The notes: a model not told the origin generated them from the sequence alone. DNA of 29,423 nucleotides from a virus (IMGVR_UViG_3300037484_000601:1-29423); one strand, 5' to 3'. Shown: positions 1 through 9,857, numbered from the stretch's first letter. Translations and numbers: made by a program.

Positions 1-686
1 GCAGTAGATTGGGTATTCAATGCTTCGAGACGAACAGGGGAAGAATATCCACCCTGCTGAACAAGAACATCGGTATCAGAAGTTAAAAAGTTTCCGTTTC
101 CTGTTCTAATTCCCTTTTGATCATTTCCCAAGAGAATAAAACCAGTACTGTAGCTTCCACCGCTTATTGCAACCTGAGATCCAAGAGGCTCATGAAATAC
201 ATTCTGTCCACCTAGATACAGCCCGGCAAACACTCTGCAAGTCGTTACCCAGACTGAACCGTTCCACACTTTCATGAACCCTACATTTAGGTCATACCAG
301 TGTTGATCGATTGCCGGGGATGCAGGCTCTACAGTTCCGTAAGTTGGCTGCCAAGGAGTAAACCCTCGGGTGATAGCGCCGGTGCCTAGATCTACGTTCC
401 AGTAGAGATAATAAGCGGGAGTCACAGGCTGTGCTCCCCAGCTCGAGTTCCAAACTAAAGGTCCCCACGCATTGGCAATGGAGTTTGATTCTTGAATCAG
501 GTAGTCATATCCACCTTGTGGTACAGCGGATGTTGGAGCGATCCCGAAGGAAGCAGTGACAAGCACCGGTACCGCCGGGCTTATCTGAAACACTATGCTG
601 ATGTAAGAACCATTTACAGCTAGGAAGCTTGGAGAACCTCCAACGGTAAATGACTTTACGATACCTTGTCTAAAATTTAGAATCAT
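1..686 (-). CDS. Probable virion structural protein (partial, runs off the left edge; not in the ORF track)
   Basis: Hand translation from the ATG at 686 (AAGGGA SD upstream) gives MILNFRQGIVKSFTVGGSPSFL...YLYWNVDLGTGAITRGFTPWQPTYGTVEPASPAIDQHWYDLNVGFMKVWNGSVW..., open to position 1. It has a fibre-type WYD..MKVWNGxxW motif and is preceded by a late-type ATAAATA box. Confidence 0.7.
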   Translation of the reverse strand, partial: MILNFRQGIVKSFTVGGSPSFLAVNGSYISIVFQISPAVPVLVTASFGIAPTSAVPQGGYDYLIQESNSIANAWGPLVWNSSWGAQPVTPAYYLYWNVDLGTGAITRGFTPWQPTYGTVEPASPAIDQHWYDLNVGFMKVWNGSVWVTTCRVFAGLYLGGQNVFHEPLGSQVAISGGSYSTGFILLGNDQKGIRTGNGNFLTSDTDVLVQQGGYSSPVRLEALNTQST

Positions 687-711
687 TTGAATCCCTTGAC
701 TAACTTGCAAA

Positions 712-718
712 TATTTAT
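712..718 (-). promoter_or_regulatory. T4-like late promoter core (ATAAATA)
   Basis: The minus strand reads GATAAATA about 25 nt upstream of the structural ORF; the same core recurs in other intergenic gaps. Confidence 0.5.
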
Positions 719-2559
719 CATTCGTAGATCACGGTGCAGTTAATACCCGCGCCAATGGTAACAACAGTAAGACCAGTTGAGAACGAGATTCCTTTGAAAT
801 CAAGAGAAGCAATTTGATTTGGAGCTATCGTGGCGATGATCGTACCAGAAGCTGCAGTGTTGTCATATAGAGTGATCGAAGTTCCAGTATTAGCATTGAT
901 GACAACGGTTTGTAAGTTACCGGCTCCAGATTTCAACACTTGCGTTACAGCACCAGCGATGTTTTTGCCCACTGGTTGTGTTTCGGAAGGACCTAATCTT
1001 GAAATAAAGGCAATAAATGCATTGAGAGAGACGTTTGTCGTTGAACCACCTGTATTAAAATTTTCAAGTCTAGCAGGTAAATTCGTTGTAGAAGACCATG
1101 ACGTATTGAAACGTTGAGTGTGAATTGTGATACCGTCAATAAAGAAGTATACTCGAAATGGAGTATACATGATCTCAAGCACGTGTGTGATAGTATCTAT
1201 CACATGAGTCAATCCAGCTTTTCCGTTGAATGTCCCATTGATAATTCGTGTATCTACTCCTGCTTTTCTTGTAACAACCGCCAACTCAACACCGGATAAC
1301 TCAAAAAATGCTCCATCATTAATATTGAAAGCACCAATGCGCCGTGTATTGTTGACTATACCAGTATCTGTAATCTGTATCGATGCACGAAACTTATTGA
1401 TTGCACCAGCTACGTATCTTGCGTTTTGAACGGTTTGAATAGAAGTAGCATTATTTGTTGTTGTTCCCGTGGAAAGTGTAAGAGTTCCACTAGTAACAGC
1501 TACAGTACCACCGGTTCCTATGGAAGGAGTCCAGAAGTTTGTATCTAACGTGCTATCTGGAAACGCACTACCTACTAATTGAAAGATTGGAACAGATACA
1601 GCTTCACCGTTTGGAGAATAATATTGAGTGAATCCTGCACGATCTGTAATTTGATTAATTTGGGTTTGCAACCAACCATCGTCGCTTAAGCTACGAGGTA
1701 ATTGATTTGCAATAGGGACCGTGATAGCTTGAAGTCTAAAGAAAGTAGTCGTAATGGTTGTATCATTGTGAACTCGAACTCTATAGTAAGCACCAAACGC
1801 GCCTACATTGATTCCAAAATTACCGATAGATGCGTAAAATTTGTATGAATCGGATATGTCCCAATTGGTACCATCTTGACTTTGATCCAAATAAACAGTA
1901 CAATTTTGATCTGCATTTAGGAAAATTTGAATCATCGACGCTGTTATGTTAGATGCGGTAGCACCAACATAAGTAGCACCACCAGCAAGATTTACTGTTG
2001 ATGAATTAGTAGAATCGATTGCAATATCTTGATTGATTAAGAGACCACCTTCCGGGGTCGCTCTCACATCAACATAGTTACCGGTAAGAATGTTCTTACC
2101 GGTAAGAATTGATTTAACAACCAACGCATCATCACTCGGCTTAACTATAGCATCAGATTCAATAATAGATCCGTTTCCTGCAAATGGATGTAAAATTGAT
2201 TGAAGTCTAAAGAAAGTTTGATTAACTCCACCGTTTGTATAAACTATACGATAAAATTTAGAGTGTGGTTGTGCTTGTAATAATGCAGCAGATGGATGAG
2301 GTGTATATGTTGCAGAATGCAAATGATCCCAATTAACACCATCAGAAGAAAACTGAATCTGTAAGCCATCTGTTGCACTTTCCTGATCCGAGATGATAGA
2401 CACAGCAACCTGAGCGTAAGAAAGTACATTTGTTGAAGGCCCTGTGAAGACCCCGTTTGCAAGTAATGGAGCGGTTGATGAATTTGCTACATCAACAATA
2501 TCATTACTACCTACAGGCACTGCACCGTTTTGATCAATGGGAGTTGGTTGATAGCTCAT
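718..2559 (-). CDS. Probable virion fibre/decoration protein with two tandem beta-rich repeats and a lectin-like C-terminal part
   Basis: 613-aa T/G/S/N-rich ORF with AAGG SD. Internal duplication: NSSTAPL..SSDGVNWD..FYRIVYTN..FFRLQSI versus NSSTVNL..SQDGTNWD..YYRVRVHN..FFRLQAI. Lies in a late-type structural cluster. Confidence 0.6.
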   Translation of the reverse strand: MSYQPTPIDQNGAVPVGSNDIVDVANSSTAPLLANGVFTGPSTNVLSYAQVAVSIISDQESATDGLQIQFSSDGVNWDHLHSATYTPHPSAALLQAQPHSKFYRIVYTNGGVNQTFFRLQSILHPFAGNGSIIESDAIVKPSDDALVVKSILTGKNILTGNYVDVRATPEGGLLINQDIAIDSTNSSTVNLAGGATYVGATASNITASMIQIFLNADQNCTVYLDQSQDGTNWDISDSYKFYASIGNFGINVGAFGAYYRVRVHNDTTITTTFFRLQAITVPIANQLPRSLSDDGWLQTQINQITDRAGFTQYYSPNGEAVSVPIFQLVGSAFPDSTLDTNFWTPSIGTGGTVAVTSGTLTLSTGTTTNNATSIQTVQNARYVAGAINKFRASIQITDTGIVNNTRRIGAFNINDGAFFELSGVELAVVTRKAGVDTRIINGTFNGKAGLTHVIDTITHVLEIMYTPFRVYFFIDGITIHTQRFNTSWSSTTNLPARLENFNTGGSTTNVSLNAFIAFISRLGPSETQPVGKNIAGAVTQVLKSGAGNLQTVVINANTGTSITLYDNTAASGTIIATIAPNQIASLDFKGISFSTGLTVVTIGAGINCTVIYE

Positions 2560-2573
2560 TTACTTACCTTTAC

Positions 2574-5291
2574 TTAGATTACGAACCATTCAGATCCGCT
2601 ATATTGTACTTGAATTGACAGATATTGTCTATTTAGGATTGCAGTTGCAGCTCCGTCAATGTTCACTCCGTTTCCGCTAACCGTTATGGTGTTTACCGTT
2701 GCATCGATCTTCTTGATGTTAAAGATCGGATTGCCTACAGGTAAAGCTGGTAAAGTAACAGTAAATGGAGCAGTAGTAGCGTCTGCCAAAATTGTGAAGT
2801 CAGACAGCGTGATCAAATATCCAGAAGTCTTAGACGCAACGATTCCGTATGGGCCGGTTGGGCCGGTTGGGCCGGTAACAGAGGGACCAGTTGGACCGGT
2901 AACAGTTGAAGCCGGGCCAGTCGGGCCTGATGCACCCGTCGGTCCAGGTGGTGACTGAAGTTCAGACCAGTGTGCAAGATCGTTCTTCGGCAGAACTGTT
3001 GAAGTTAATGCAACAGTACAGATCCACAAAGAATTGATCAGCGCGTTTGCTGAACTTTCTGAGAAAACGTAATCACCAACGTTGTAAGCTGTACCTGATA
3101 CCCAATTTCCACGATTAGTCAGGCCTGTTCCTGGGTTTCCCTGCGGACCAGTTGGACCTGTTACAGTTGAGGCAGGCCCCGTAGGACCTGTAACGCTTGG
3201 GCCAGTAGGACCATCTGTTCCTGTAGGTCCAGTAACAGATGGTCCAGTGGGCCCTGTAACTGTTGATGCTGGACCAGTTGGCCCCGTAGGACCTCCGAAT
3301 GCTCCAGTCGGACCGACTGGTCCTGTCGGTCCAGTCACAGAAAGTCCGATGATACCCTGTGCGCCAGTTGGGCCTGTAGGCCCGCCTGGAGTGCCACGCG
3401 GACCTGTTGCTCCAGTCGGTCCGGTACCACCGATTAGTCCCTGCGCACCGGTTGCTCCTGTAGCACCGGTGACACCGACCATACCTGTGGGGCCTGTAAT
3501 CCCCGGCCCTGTAGGTCCGGTCACAGTTGAAGCAGGTCCTGTTGGCCCAGTAACGCTTGGTCCCATTTCTCCAGTTGGTCCGGTTGGACCACCATCACCT
3601 GTTGGCCCAGTAACGCTTGGTCCCATTTCTCCAGTTGGACCAGTAACTGAAGGTCCAATTGACCCCGTTGGACCAGTAACTGAAGGGCCGGTAGGTCCAG
3701 TTGCACCAACAATACCGATTGAACCGGTAGGCCCGGTTGCGCCAGTAGGACCTATGATATTAGAAGGTGCACCAGTTGGTCCGGTTGCACCAGTGGGGCC
3801 AGCCACAGTTGAAGCAGCACCGATTGGTCCTGTAGCACCGGTAGGACCAGTTATAGAAGCTCCGGTAGGGCCTGTTACGGTTGAAGCAGCTCCGGTGGGG
3901 CCTGTAATAGAAGGGCCTGTTGCTCCGGTTGCTCCGGCAGGTCCTGCAATTGTGGATGCCGCACCAGTAGCACCTGCCAAACCTTGAGGCCCCGTCGGAC
4001 CGGTCACGGTTGAAGCAGCACCGATTGGCCCTGTAGCACCGGTAGGTCCTGTAATCGAAGCTCCAATAGGACCCGTAGGTCCTACCATTGTAGATGCGGC
4101 CCCGGTAGGACCGGTAATTGAAGGTCCCGTCGCTCCTATTGCACCAGTAGGTCCTGTAACATTTGAAGCAGCTCCGGTAGGACCGGTGACACTTGGTCCA
4201 GTTGCCCCTGGTGCTCCTGTGGGTCCTGCTACAGTAGATGCAGGACCTGTAGCACCTGCCAAACCCTGAGGACCTGTAGGACCTGCCACAGTTGAAGCAG
4301 CACCGATTGGCCCTGTAGCACCGGTAGGTCCTGTGATCGATGCTCCAGTAGGACCAGTTACATTAGAGGCTGCTCCAGTGGGTCCTGTAATCGAAGCTCC
4401 AATAGGCCCTGTAATTGAAAGACCTGTAGGACCGGTGGGTCCAGCTACAGTTGAAGCTGCACCAGTTGGTCCAGTAACTGAAAGACCTGTAGGACCTGTG
4501 GGTCCTGCTACAGTAGATGCAGGACCTGTAGCACCTGCCAAACCCTGAGGACCTGTAGGACCTGCCACAGTTGAAGCAGCACCTGTTGATCCAGTAGCAC
4601 CAGTTGGGCCTGTGATCGATGCTCCAGTAGGACCTGTAAATCCAGTGGGTCCAGTTACTGTTGAGGCAGCTCCAGTAGGTCCTGTAATTGAAAGACCAGT
4701 AGGTCCCGTTGGACCCGCTACCGTTGAAGCAGCACCGGTCGGTCCGGTAATTGATGGACCTGTAGCGCCAGTTGCACCAGTAGGACCTGCAATCGTAGAT
4801 GCTGCACCGGTAGGACCGGTTATAGAGGGACCTGTAGCACCTATCGCACCGGTGGGTCCAGTCACATTTGAAGCTGCACCTGTTGGACCCATCGGTCCAG
4901 ATGGGCCTGTTGGACCGACGCTTGAAATCGCAGCACGGATAGCACCGTAGGCTTTGACCGTACCCCCACCACTAAAAGTTGAGCTAGTATTAAGATAGAT
5001 TACAGTTGGGGCTAGAAGATTGAATCTCTTGGTATACAGAGGAACTTCAAAAACCCCAGGGTTTGTGAAAGTTTCTCCTTGAAATCCCAGCCCTTCAACT
5101 ATGATGCCAGGATCATTATCTACAGTTCCGCTCAGTGTTCCTGACACGGAAGCAGTAGTAAGAATTCCAATATAAGCAGTAACGTCCCAACTACCTACAG
5201 GCAATAAGATTGAAGTGAGTGAAGTAGATTCTCCAGACGTCAAGGCGATCGCGTTTGCCTGTAGTACAATTGATTCGTAGTAATTTGCCAT
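2574..5291 (-). CDS. Collagen-like (Gly-Pro-Thr-rich) virion fibre protein
   Basis: About 700 aa of interrupted G-X-Y repeats (GPT, GAT) with AAST(V/I)A and S(I/V)T linkers. Globular N-terminus; an inserted CBM-like module ([21 protein letters not shown]....W); phage fibre-type C-terminal domain ([31 protein letters not shown]). ATG at 5291 has an AGGA SD. Confidence 0.9.
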   Translation of the reverse strand: MANYYESIVLQANAIALTSGESTSLTSILLPVGSWDVTAYIGILTTASVSGTLSGTVDNDPGIIVEGLGFQGETFTNPGVFEVPLYTKRFNLLAPTVIYLNTSSTFSGGGTVKAYGAIRAAISSVGPTGPSGPMGPTGAASNVTGPTGAIGATGPSITGPTGAASTIAGPTGATGATGPSITGPTGAASTVAGPTGPTGLSITGPTGAASTVTGPTGFTGPTGASITGPTGATGSTGAASTVAGPTGPQGLAGATGPASTVAGPTGPTGLSVTGPTGAASTVAGPTGPTGLSITGPIGASITGPTGAASNVTGPTGASITGPTGATGPIGAASTVAGPTGPQGLAGATGPASTVAGPTGAPGATGPSVTGPTGAASNVTGPTGAIGATGPSITGPTGAASTMVGPTGPIGASITGPTGATGPIGAASTVTGPTGPQGLAGATGAASTIAGPAGATGATGPSITGPTGAASTVTGPTGASITGPTGATGPIGAASTVAGPTGATGPTGAPSNIIGPTGATGPTGSIGIVGATGPTGPSVTGPTGSIGPSVTGPTGEMGPSVTGPTGDGGPTGPTGEMGPSVTGPTGPASTVTGPTGPGITGPTGMVGVTGATGATGAQGLIGGTGPTGATGPRGTPGGPTGPTGAQGIIGLSVTGPTGPVGPTGAFGGPTGPTGPASTVTGPTGPSVTGPTGTDGPTGPSVTGPTGPASTVTGPTGPQGNPGTGLTNRGNWVSGTAYNVGDYVFSESSANALINSLWICTVALTSTVLPKNDLAHWSELQSPPGPTGASGPTGPASTVTGPTGPSVTGPTGPTGPYGIVASKTSGYLITLSDFTILADATTAPFTVTLPALPVGNPIFNIKKIDATVNTITVSGNGVNIDGAATAILNRQYLSIQVQYSGSEWFVI
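3538..3638. repeat. 41-bp identical direct repeat at 60-bp spacing within the collagen gene
   Basis: cctgttggcccagtaacgcttggtcccatttctccagttgg occurs at 3538-3578 and 3598-3638. Confidence 0.9.
4216..4583. repeat. 89-bp identical direct repeat (279-bp offset) within the collagen gene
   Basis: cctgtgggtcctgctacagtagatgc...gttgaagcagcacc occurs at 4216-4304 and 4495-4583. Confidence 0.9.
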
Positions 5292-5354
5292 CAAGTGGTC
5301 CTAGCCTAGATAAATGTTAATGCTCTCAAGAGTGAGATATAATGATCTTACTTC

Positions 5355-5361
5355 TATTTAT
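5355..5361 (-). promoter_or_regulatory. T4-like late promoter core upstream of the collagen gene
   Basis: The minus strand reads CATAAATAG about 65 nt upstream of the collagen ATG. Confidence 0.5.
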
Positions 5362-5700
5362 GAAACCAACTTATCTCTATATCAAACGCCATAATGTCAC
5401 CGGGTTGATGTACTTCGGGAAGACTAAGAAAGATCCGTTGAAGTATTCTGGATCTGGAAAGTATTGGAAAGACCATCTTAGGATGCATGGCGCTGACGTT
5501 ACAACAATTTGGTATGTGTAGAGACTAAAGCTAAATTCTCAGCGTCTGCATTAAAGCGTTTTGCTCTATCTCCAGTTTCTTCGGAAACTAGAGCAAAAAT
5601 TTCAGCTGCAAACAAAGGCAGACGAGGAAACACAAGTAAAGTAGTATCTCAAGAAACCAAAGACAAAATCTCAGCTGCAAATAAACTTTGCCTGGGCTAA
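5360..5700 (+). pseudogene. Decayed Seg-like GIY-YIG homing endonuclease with NUMOD3-like repeats
   Basis: 5360-5521 encodes MKPTYLYIKRHNVTGLMYFGKTKKDPLKYSGSGKYWKDHLRMHG...WYV* (GIY-YIG N-terminus). A different frame then encodes SSETRAKISAANKG and SQETKDKISAANK. The central part of the gene is missing. Confidence 0.8.
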
Positions 5701-5720
5701 TAGAAGATTGGAGAAACAAT

Positions 5721-6353
5721 ATGCCATTTAGACTACCATCAGGAGACACCGTAAAGTGGATCGGCGATCTCAGTTTGCAAGATGCAGAAATTTTGACTCA
5801 ATTTGGATTACATACTCAGAGAATCTTGGAGTTTGGATCTGGTGGAAGTACGCAGATCTTTGCTCAGTGTAAACCTGATGAAATCATCAGCATCGAGACT
5901 GATCCAGCCTGGATCACTCTTACTCAACAACGCCTTGATCAAATTTCTGACAAGACCGATGTTAAGTTTATCAGCTATGATCTCTATCCAGGTTTTGTAA
6001 ACGGCAAGACTTTTGATCTGATCTTGGTAGACGGAATTGACTATCTTCGTAGAGACTTTGCGATCAACTCTTGGAAGTTGCTTGAGGTAGATGGATTTAT
6101 GATCTTTCATGATACGAAGCGCTTTCAAGATTTTCAGAACGCCTCTTGGGTTGCTCAGCTCTATCACAACGAAATCAAGCAAATTGATGTCAATGCTCGC
6201 TGTTGTAACGGTAAGAGCAGCAACATGACGATTCTCCACAAGAAGTCACATGAGCCGTATGAGAATTGGAACTACACTGAGAATAAGCCACTTTGGGCAT
6301 ACGGTATGCCTGGACAACCTACTGACATGTCTCTATGGAGTCCCGGACAATGA
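5721..6353 (+). CDS. Class I SAM-dependent methyltransferase (sugar/small-molecule O-methyltransferase-like)
   Basis: ILEFGSGGST (motif I), ISIETD, FDLILVDG and FMIFHD. GGAG SD before ATG 5721. No DNA-methyltransferase PC or (D/N)PPY motif seen. Confidence 0.85.
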   Translation: MPFRLPSGDTVKWIGDLSLQDAEILTQFGLHTQRILEFGSGGSTQIFAQCKPDEIISIETDPAWITLTQQRLDQISDKTDVKFISYDLYPGFVNGKTFDLILVDGIDYLRRDFAINSWKLLEVDGFMIFHDTKRFQDFQNASWVAQLYHNEIKQIDVNARCCNGKSSNMTILHKKSHEPYENWNYTENKPLWAYGMPGQPTDMSLWSPGQ

Positions 6354-7342
6354 GAATAGGAATCTACGGTATATGCAAAAATGAGAAAGACTTCGTTGAG
6401 CGATGTTTGAATTCGGTGAAAGAAGCTGATGTCATCGCGTTCTGTGACACCGGCTCAACCGACGGAACATGGGAGTTACTCCAGAACTTTGACCACCCAA
6501 ATAAGATCGTCAAGCAAATCTGCGTCAGTCCATGGCGCTTTGATGATGCTCGCAACGTCGCGTTGATGTCACTTCCACCTGATGTAGACATGTGTATCTC
6601 TATTGACGCTGATGAGATGCTTGAGCCTGGTTGGCGCGAAGTTCTGACAGCAGCAATCACCAAAGATGCAGCTACTCTTGGAAAGATTCCAGAAAGATAC
6701 AATCATCGATTCAAGACAATCTGGGACTGGACTGGTGCCGGTACTAACATCAGTGAACACTGGCATGAACGTATCCATGCAAGACATAACTATCGTTGGA
6801 AGCTGCCTGTTCACGAAGTTCTGGTGAAGAGCGATGGATCTGATGAAGTTGCTTGCTGGGTTCCAGAGCTGATGATGGTACAGAAGCCTGACACAACAAA
6901 GAATCGTGGTAGCTATTTACCAATGCTTGAACAGTCTGTCAAGGAAGATCCAAAGCGCTGGAAGTCTCTTTCGTTCTTGGCCGGTGAGTATATGAATGCT
7001 GGTAGAATCGATGACGCAATCAAAACGATGCAAACATGTCTTGAGCTTCCAGATTCTGACAAGGCTTTCTTATCATATCAGCTGTCCACTATATACCAAC
7101 GTAAAGGCGACATGGACTGGGCAATCATCAGCATGTTGAACGCTGGTAAGTTTGCTCCACACGTTCGCGAGTACGTCGTCTATCTCGGACAGGTTTACTT
7201 AGCGGCAGGCAGAAAGTCAGATGCTCTCTCTGCATTTAATTGTGCTCTCTTGATCGCTGAGAGAACTTATGGGTACGAGTACAACCCTCAATGTTGGGGT
7301 GAAACTTTTGAGGAGTACGTAAAATCATGCCGAATGTTATAA
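6350..7342 (+). CDS. GT2-family glycosyltransferase with C-terminal TPR-like helices
   Basis: YGICKNE, DTGSTDGT, PWRFDDARN, IDADE (DxD) and YRWKLPVHE, followed by a helical TPR-like tail. ATGA overlap with the methyltransferase stop. Confidence 0.9.
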   Translation: MRIGIYGICKNEKDFVERCLNSVKEADVIAFCDTGSTDGTWELLQNFDHPNKIVKQICVSPWRFDDARNVALMSLPPDVDMCISIDADEMLEPGWREVLTAAITKDAATLGKIPERYNHRFKTIWDWTGAGTNISEHWHERIHARHNYRWKLPVHEVLVKSDGSDEVACWVPELMMVQKPDTTKNRGSYLPMLEQSVKEDPKRWKSLSFLAGEYMNAGRIDDAIKTMQTCLELPDSDKAFLSYQLSTIYQRKGDMDWAIISMLNAGKFAPHVREYVVYLGQVYLAAGRKSDALSAFNCALLIAERTYGYEYNPQCWGETFEEYVKSCRML

Positions 7343-7842
7343 AGACGTATAGCGGAGTAATGTTTGATCTTGTAAACTTCAACCCAGAAGATATCTTGAT
7401 TGAAGACATTGCACATTCTCTATCTCTGACTGCAAGTGGTGGGCATTCTAATTGTCTTTATTCAGTAGCTCAACATTGTGTATGGTGTGCTCAACAAGAA
7501 GGAGTGTTCTTCAAAGGACTATATCGTAGAGACATGCAGTATCCACTATATCGGCTGATGCATGATGGAGCTGAAGCTTATCTCGGGGATATTGTCACTC
7601 CTCTTAAAGTTTTGCTTCCAGAATATAAGAAGAGAGAAGATGCTCTACTTGACATGATCTATCAGAAATTCTGCGGTGGTTCTGAAACTGATTTAATAGA
7701 AGAGGAAGTTAAGTTCATAGATCGTAAAGCTCTTGACTATGAAATGAGCTTTATCTGGGAAGATCACTGCCATAAAGTTGCATGGTCTGCAAAGAAATCA
7801 GAACGTGAGTTCTTGAAGATGTTTAAGAGGTTAAGTAAATGA
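7327..7842 (+). CDS. HD-domain phosphohydrolase (YfbR/YfdR-like deoxynucleotidase family)
   Basis: IEDIAHSLS, YSVAQH, LMHDGAEAYLGDIVTPLK and VKFID motifs. Confidence 0.85.
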   Translation: MPNVIKTYSGVMFDLVNFNPEDILIEDIAHSLSLTASGGHSNCLYSVAQHCVWCAQQEGVFFKGLYRRDMQYPLYRLMHDGAEAYLGDIVTPLKVLLPEYKKREDALLDMIYQKFCGGSETDLIEEEVKFIDRKALDYEMSFIWEDHCHKVAWSAKKSEREFLKMFKRLSK

Positions 7843-8918
7843 AGAAACTTCGTATTGCAATTTACACGATCTGTCTTAATGAGGAAATATTCGCGCAACG
7901 CTTCATGGATTGTGCCAAGGAAGCTGACGGTATATTTGTAACTGACACCGGCTCCACAGACAACACGGTAAAGATTCTTGAAGAGAACGGTGCAATCGTT
8001 CATAAGATTAAGATGTCTCCGTGGCGCTTTGACATTCCTCGCAACATCTCAATGGACTTTGTTCCAGCTGACTATGACATTCTTGTTTGTATCGACTTAG
8101 ACGAGATCCTCTCTCCAGGCTGGGCAGAAGAGATTCGAAAAGCTTGGACTCCAGGTACTACTCGTATGAGGTACCAGTACATTTGGAATCATCTTTCTGA
8201 TGGACGCCCCGGAATCACATTCTGGTATGACAAGATCACATGCCGGCATGGATATCGCTGGGTTAAACCAGTCCATGAGATCTTGCAGTACTACAACGGC
8301 GAAGAGAAGCAGGCATTCTGTGAAACCTTTACCTTAGCTCACTTCCCTGACAATACCAAGTCTCGCGGTAGCTATCTGCCTCTACTAGAGCAAGGCTGTC
8401 GTGAAGAACCAAACGACGATCGAAACTCTCACTACCTAGGCCGAGAGTACATGTACTATGGAAAGTACGATCAAGCAATTGCTGAACTGCAAAGACATTT
8501 GTCTCTTCCTTCTGCTACCTGGAATGCAGAACGCTGTGCATCAATGAGGTTTATCGCTCGAAGTTGCGTTGCAAAGGGTGATTATGTCAATGCTGAACTC
8601 TGGGCTTTGAAGGCCTGTGCAGAATCATCGATTGATCGTGAACCTTGGCTCGAGCTGGGTAAAGTTTACTATGCAACTCAGAATTGGTCAGGTCTCTATG
8701 CGGCGATGAAGCGCCTTCTAACAATTGTCGAGAGGCCGAAGAGCTACATTTGTGAAGTAGATGCTTGGTATTCTCTGCCTCATGACTACTGCTCTATTGC
8801 TGCTTTCAATCTTGGAATGATCACTGAATCGGTTGCTCAGTGTGAAAAAGCAATTGAACACGATCCATCTGACCCAAGGCTTAAGTCAAATTTACAGTTG
8901 ATGCAGTCCAAGTTATAA
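7839..8918 (+). CDS. GT2-family glycosyltransferase with C-terminal TPR repeats (paralog of 6350-7342)
   Basis: YTICLNEE, DTGSTDNT, PWRFDIPRN, IDLDE, YRWVKPVHE, SRGSYLPLLE, HYLGREY and REPWLELG. Confidence 0.9.
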   Translation: MKKLRIAIYTICLNEEIFAQRFMDCAKEADGIFVTDTGSTDNTVKILEENGAIVHKIKMSPWRFDIPRNISMDFVPADYDILVCIDLDEILSPGWAEEIRKAWTPGTTRMRYQYIWNHLSDGRPGITFWYDKITCRHGYRWVKPVHEILQYYNGEEKQAFCETFTLAHFPDNTKSRGSYLPLLEQGCREEPNDDRNSHYLGREYMYYGKYDQAIAELQRHLSLPSATWNAERCASMRFIARSCVAKGDYVNAELWALKACAESSIDREPWLELGKVYYATQNWSGLYAAMKRLLTIVERPKSYICEVDAWYSLPHDYCSIAAFNLGMITESVAQCEKAIEHDPSDPRLKSNLQLMQSKL

Positions 8919-8919
8919 T
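8891..8919 (+). promoter_or_regulatory. Sigma70-type early promoter for the TS-like gene
   Basis: TTTACA (8891-8896), N17, TATAAT (8914-8919), followed by GGAG SD and ATG 8938. Confidence 0.75.
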
Positions 8920-8937
8920 CATTCTATTGGAGACGAT

Positions 8938-9840
8938 ATGACATCAGAACAAAACTTTCGCCAGATCTTTGTTGACTTGAAACAAAAGGGGAAGATGACT
9001 TCTCCTCGCGGTCTTCCAGTCATCGAGATCGAAAATTACACATACGAGCTTCCAGCTCGAGTACGCTTTTGCAACTTTGAAGCTCGCAAGCTCAACCTTG
9101 ACTACATCAAGCGTGAATTCCTCTGGTACCTACGTGGTAACAAGCATGACCTGTCTATCTTGAAGTATGCCAAGATGTGGGAAAACTTGGTGACTCCAGA
9201 CCAGTCAATTAACTCAAACTACGGACAGTATATCTTCAATGTACCTACAGAAGTTACTTACAACCAGTTTGACTTTGTAGTCAACCAACTCATTGAAGAT
9301 CGAGACAGCCGTCGTGCTTCTATCTCTATTCTTAAAAGCTCGCAGCTTATTAAGACTAACAAAGATGTACCTTGTACATACTCGTTGAACTTCCGCATTC
9401 GCGAGAGTCGATTGAATATGTCAGTTCATATGAGAAGTCAAGATGCGGTCTTTGGAATGGGAAATGATGCACCATGCTTCTCATTCATTCATGAGATGGT
9501 ATGGGCTGCTCTTACAAAACAATATCCAGACCTAGAGATGGGGTCTTACCACCACATTGCAGACTCTTTCCATGTCTACGACCGTCACTTTGAAGTGATG
9601 GAAAAGATTGCAGAAGGAGATAAGTACATTCCGATTGAGTGCCCTGTAATCTCAAACGCAGATGAAGTCAAGTATCTGCAGTCACAGATCCACGGTACTT
9701 ATGATGAAGAGTACTTTAGCCCGGCAATACGACCACGATATGCAAATCCACAGATGAAGGAAGAACTAAGTGACATTCTCAAGTTCTACCAAAAATCTAT
9801 CCCATTTTCGAACTGGTTAACCAGCTTCGACAAACCCTAA
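8938..9840 (+). CDS. Thymidylate synthase superfamily enzyme, dCMP hydroxymethylase-like
   Basis: EFLWY, NSNYG, DSRRA, catalytic DVPCT, MRSQDAVFGMGND and SFHVY. It has Asp where ThyA has its dUMP-selecting Asn. Confidence 0.8.
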   Translation: MTSEQNFRQIFVDLKQKGKMTSPRGLPVIEIENYTYELPARVRFCNFEARKLNLDYIKREFLWYLRGNKHDLSILKYAKMWENLVTPDQSINSNYGQYIFNVPTEVTYNQFDFVVNQLIEDRDSRRASISILKSSQLIKTNKDVPCTYSLNFRIRESRLNMSVHMRSQDAVFGMGNDAPCFSFIHEMVWAALTKQYPDLEMGSYHHIADSFHVYDRHFEVMEKIAEGDKYIPIECPVISNADEVKYLQSQIHGTYDEEYFSPAIRPRYANPQMKEELSDILKFYQKSIPFSNWLTSFDKP

Positions 9841-9857
9841 ATCAACAGGAGAATCAC

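Noticed and set aside
2845-4916. Repeat array considered as a CRISPR or non-coding repeat
   Set aside because: The repeats are codon-phased, degenerate at third positions and lack unique spacers.
2659-4950. Plus-strand Pro/Val/Gly-rich ORFs (e.g. 3247-3987, 4612-4950)
   Set aside because: Antisense shadows of the GPT collagen codons, with no SD or independent features.
5721-6353. Methyltransferase as a DNA methyltransferase or restriction-modification component
   Set aside because: No PC or (D/N)PPY catalytic motif; the DG and HD pattern fits sugar or small-molecule O-methyltransferases.
8938-9840. Calling the TS-like gene thyA
   Set aside because: The specificity residue is Asp (GND) and the ThyA LPPCH and PFN signatures are absent.
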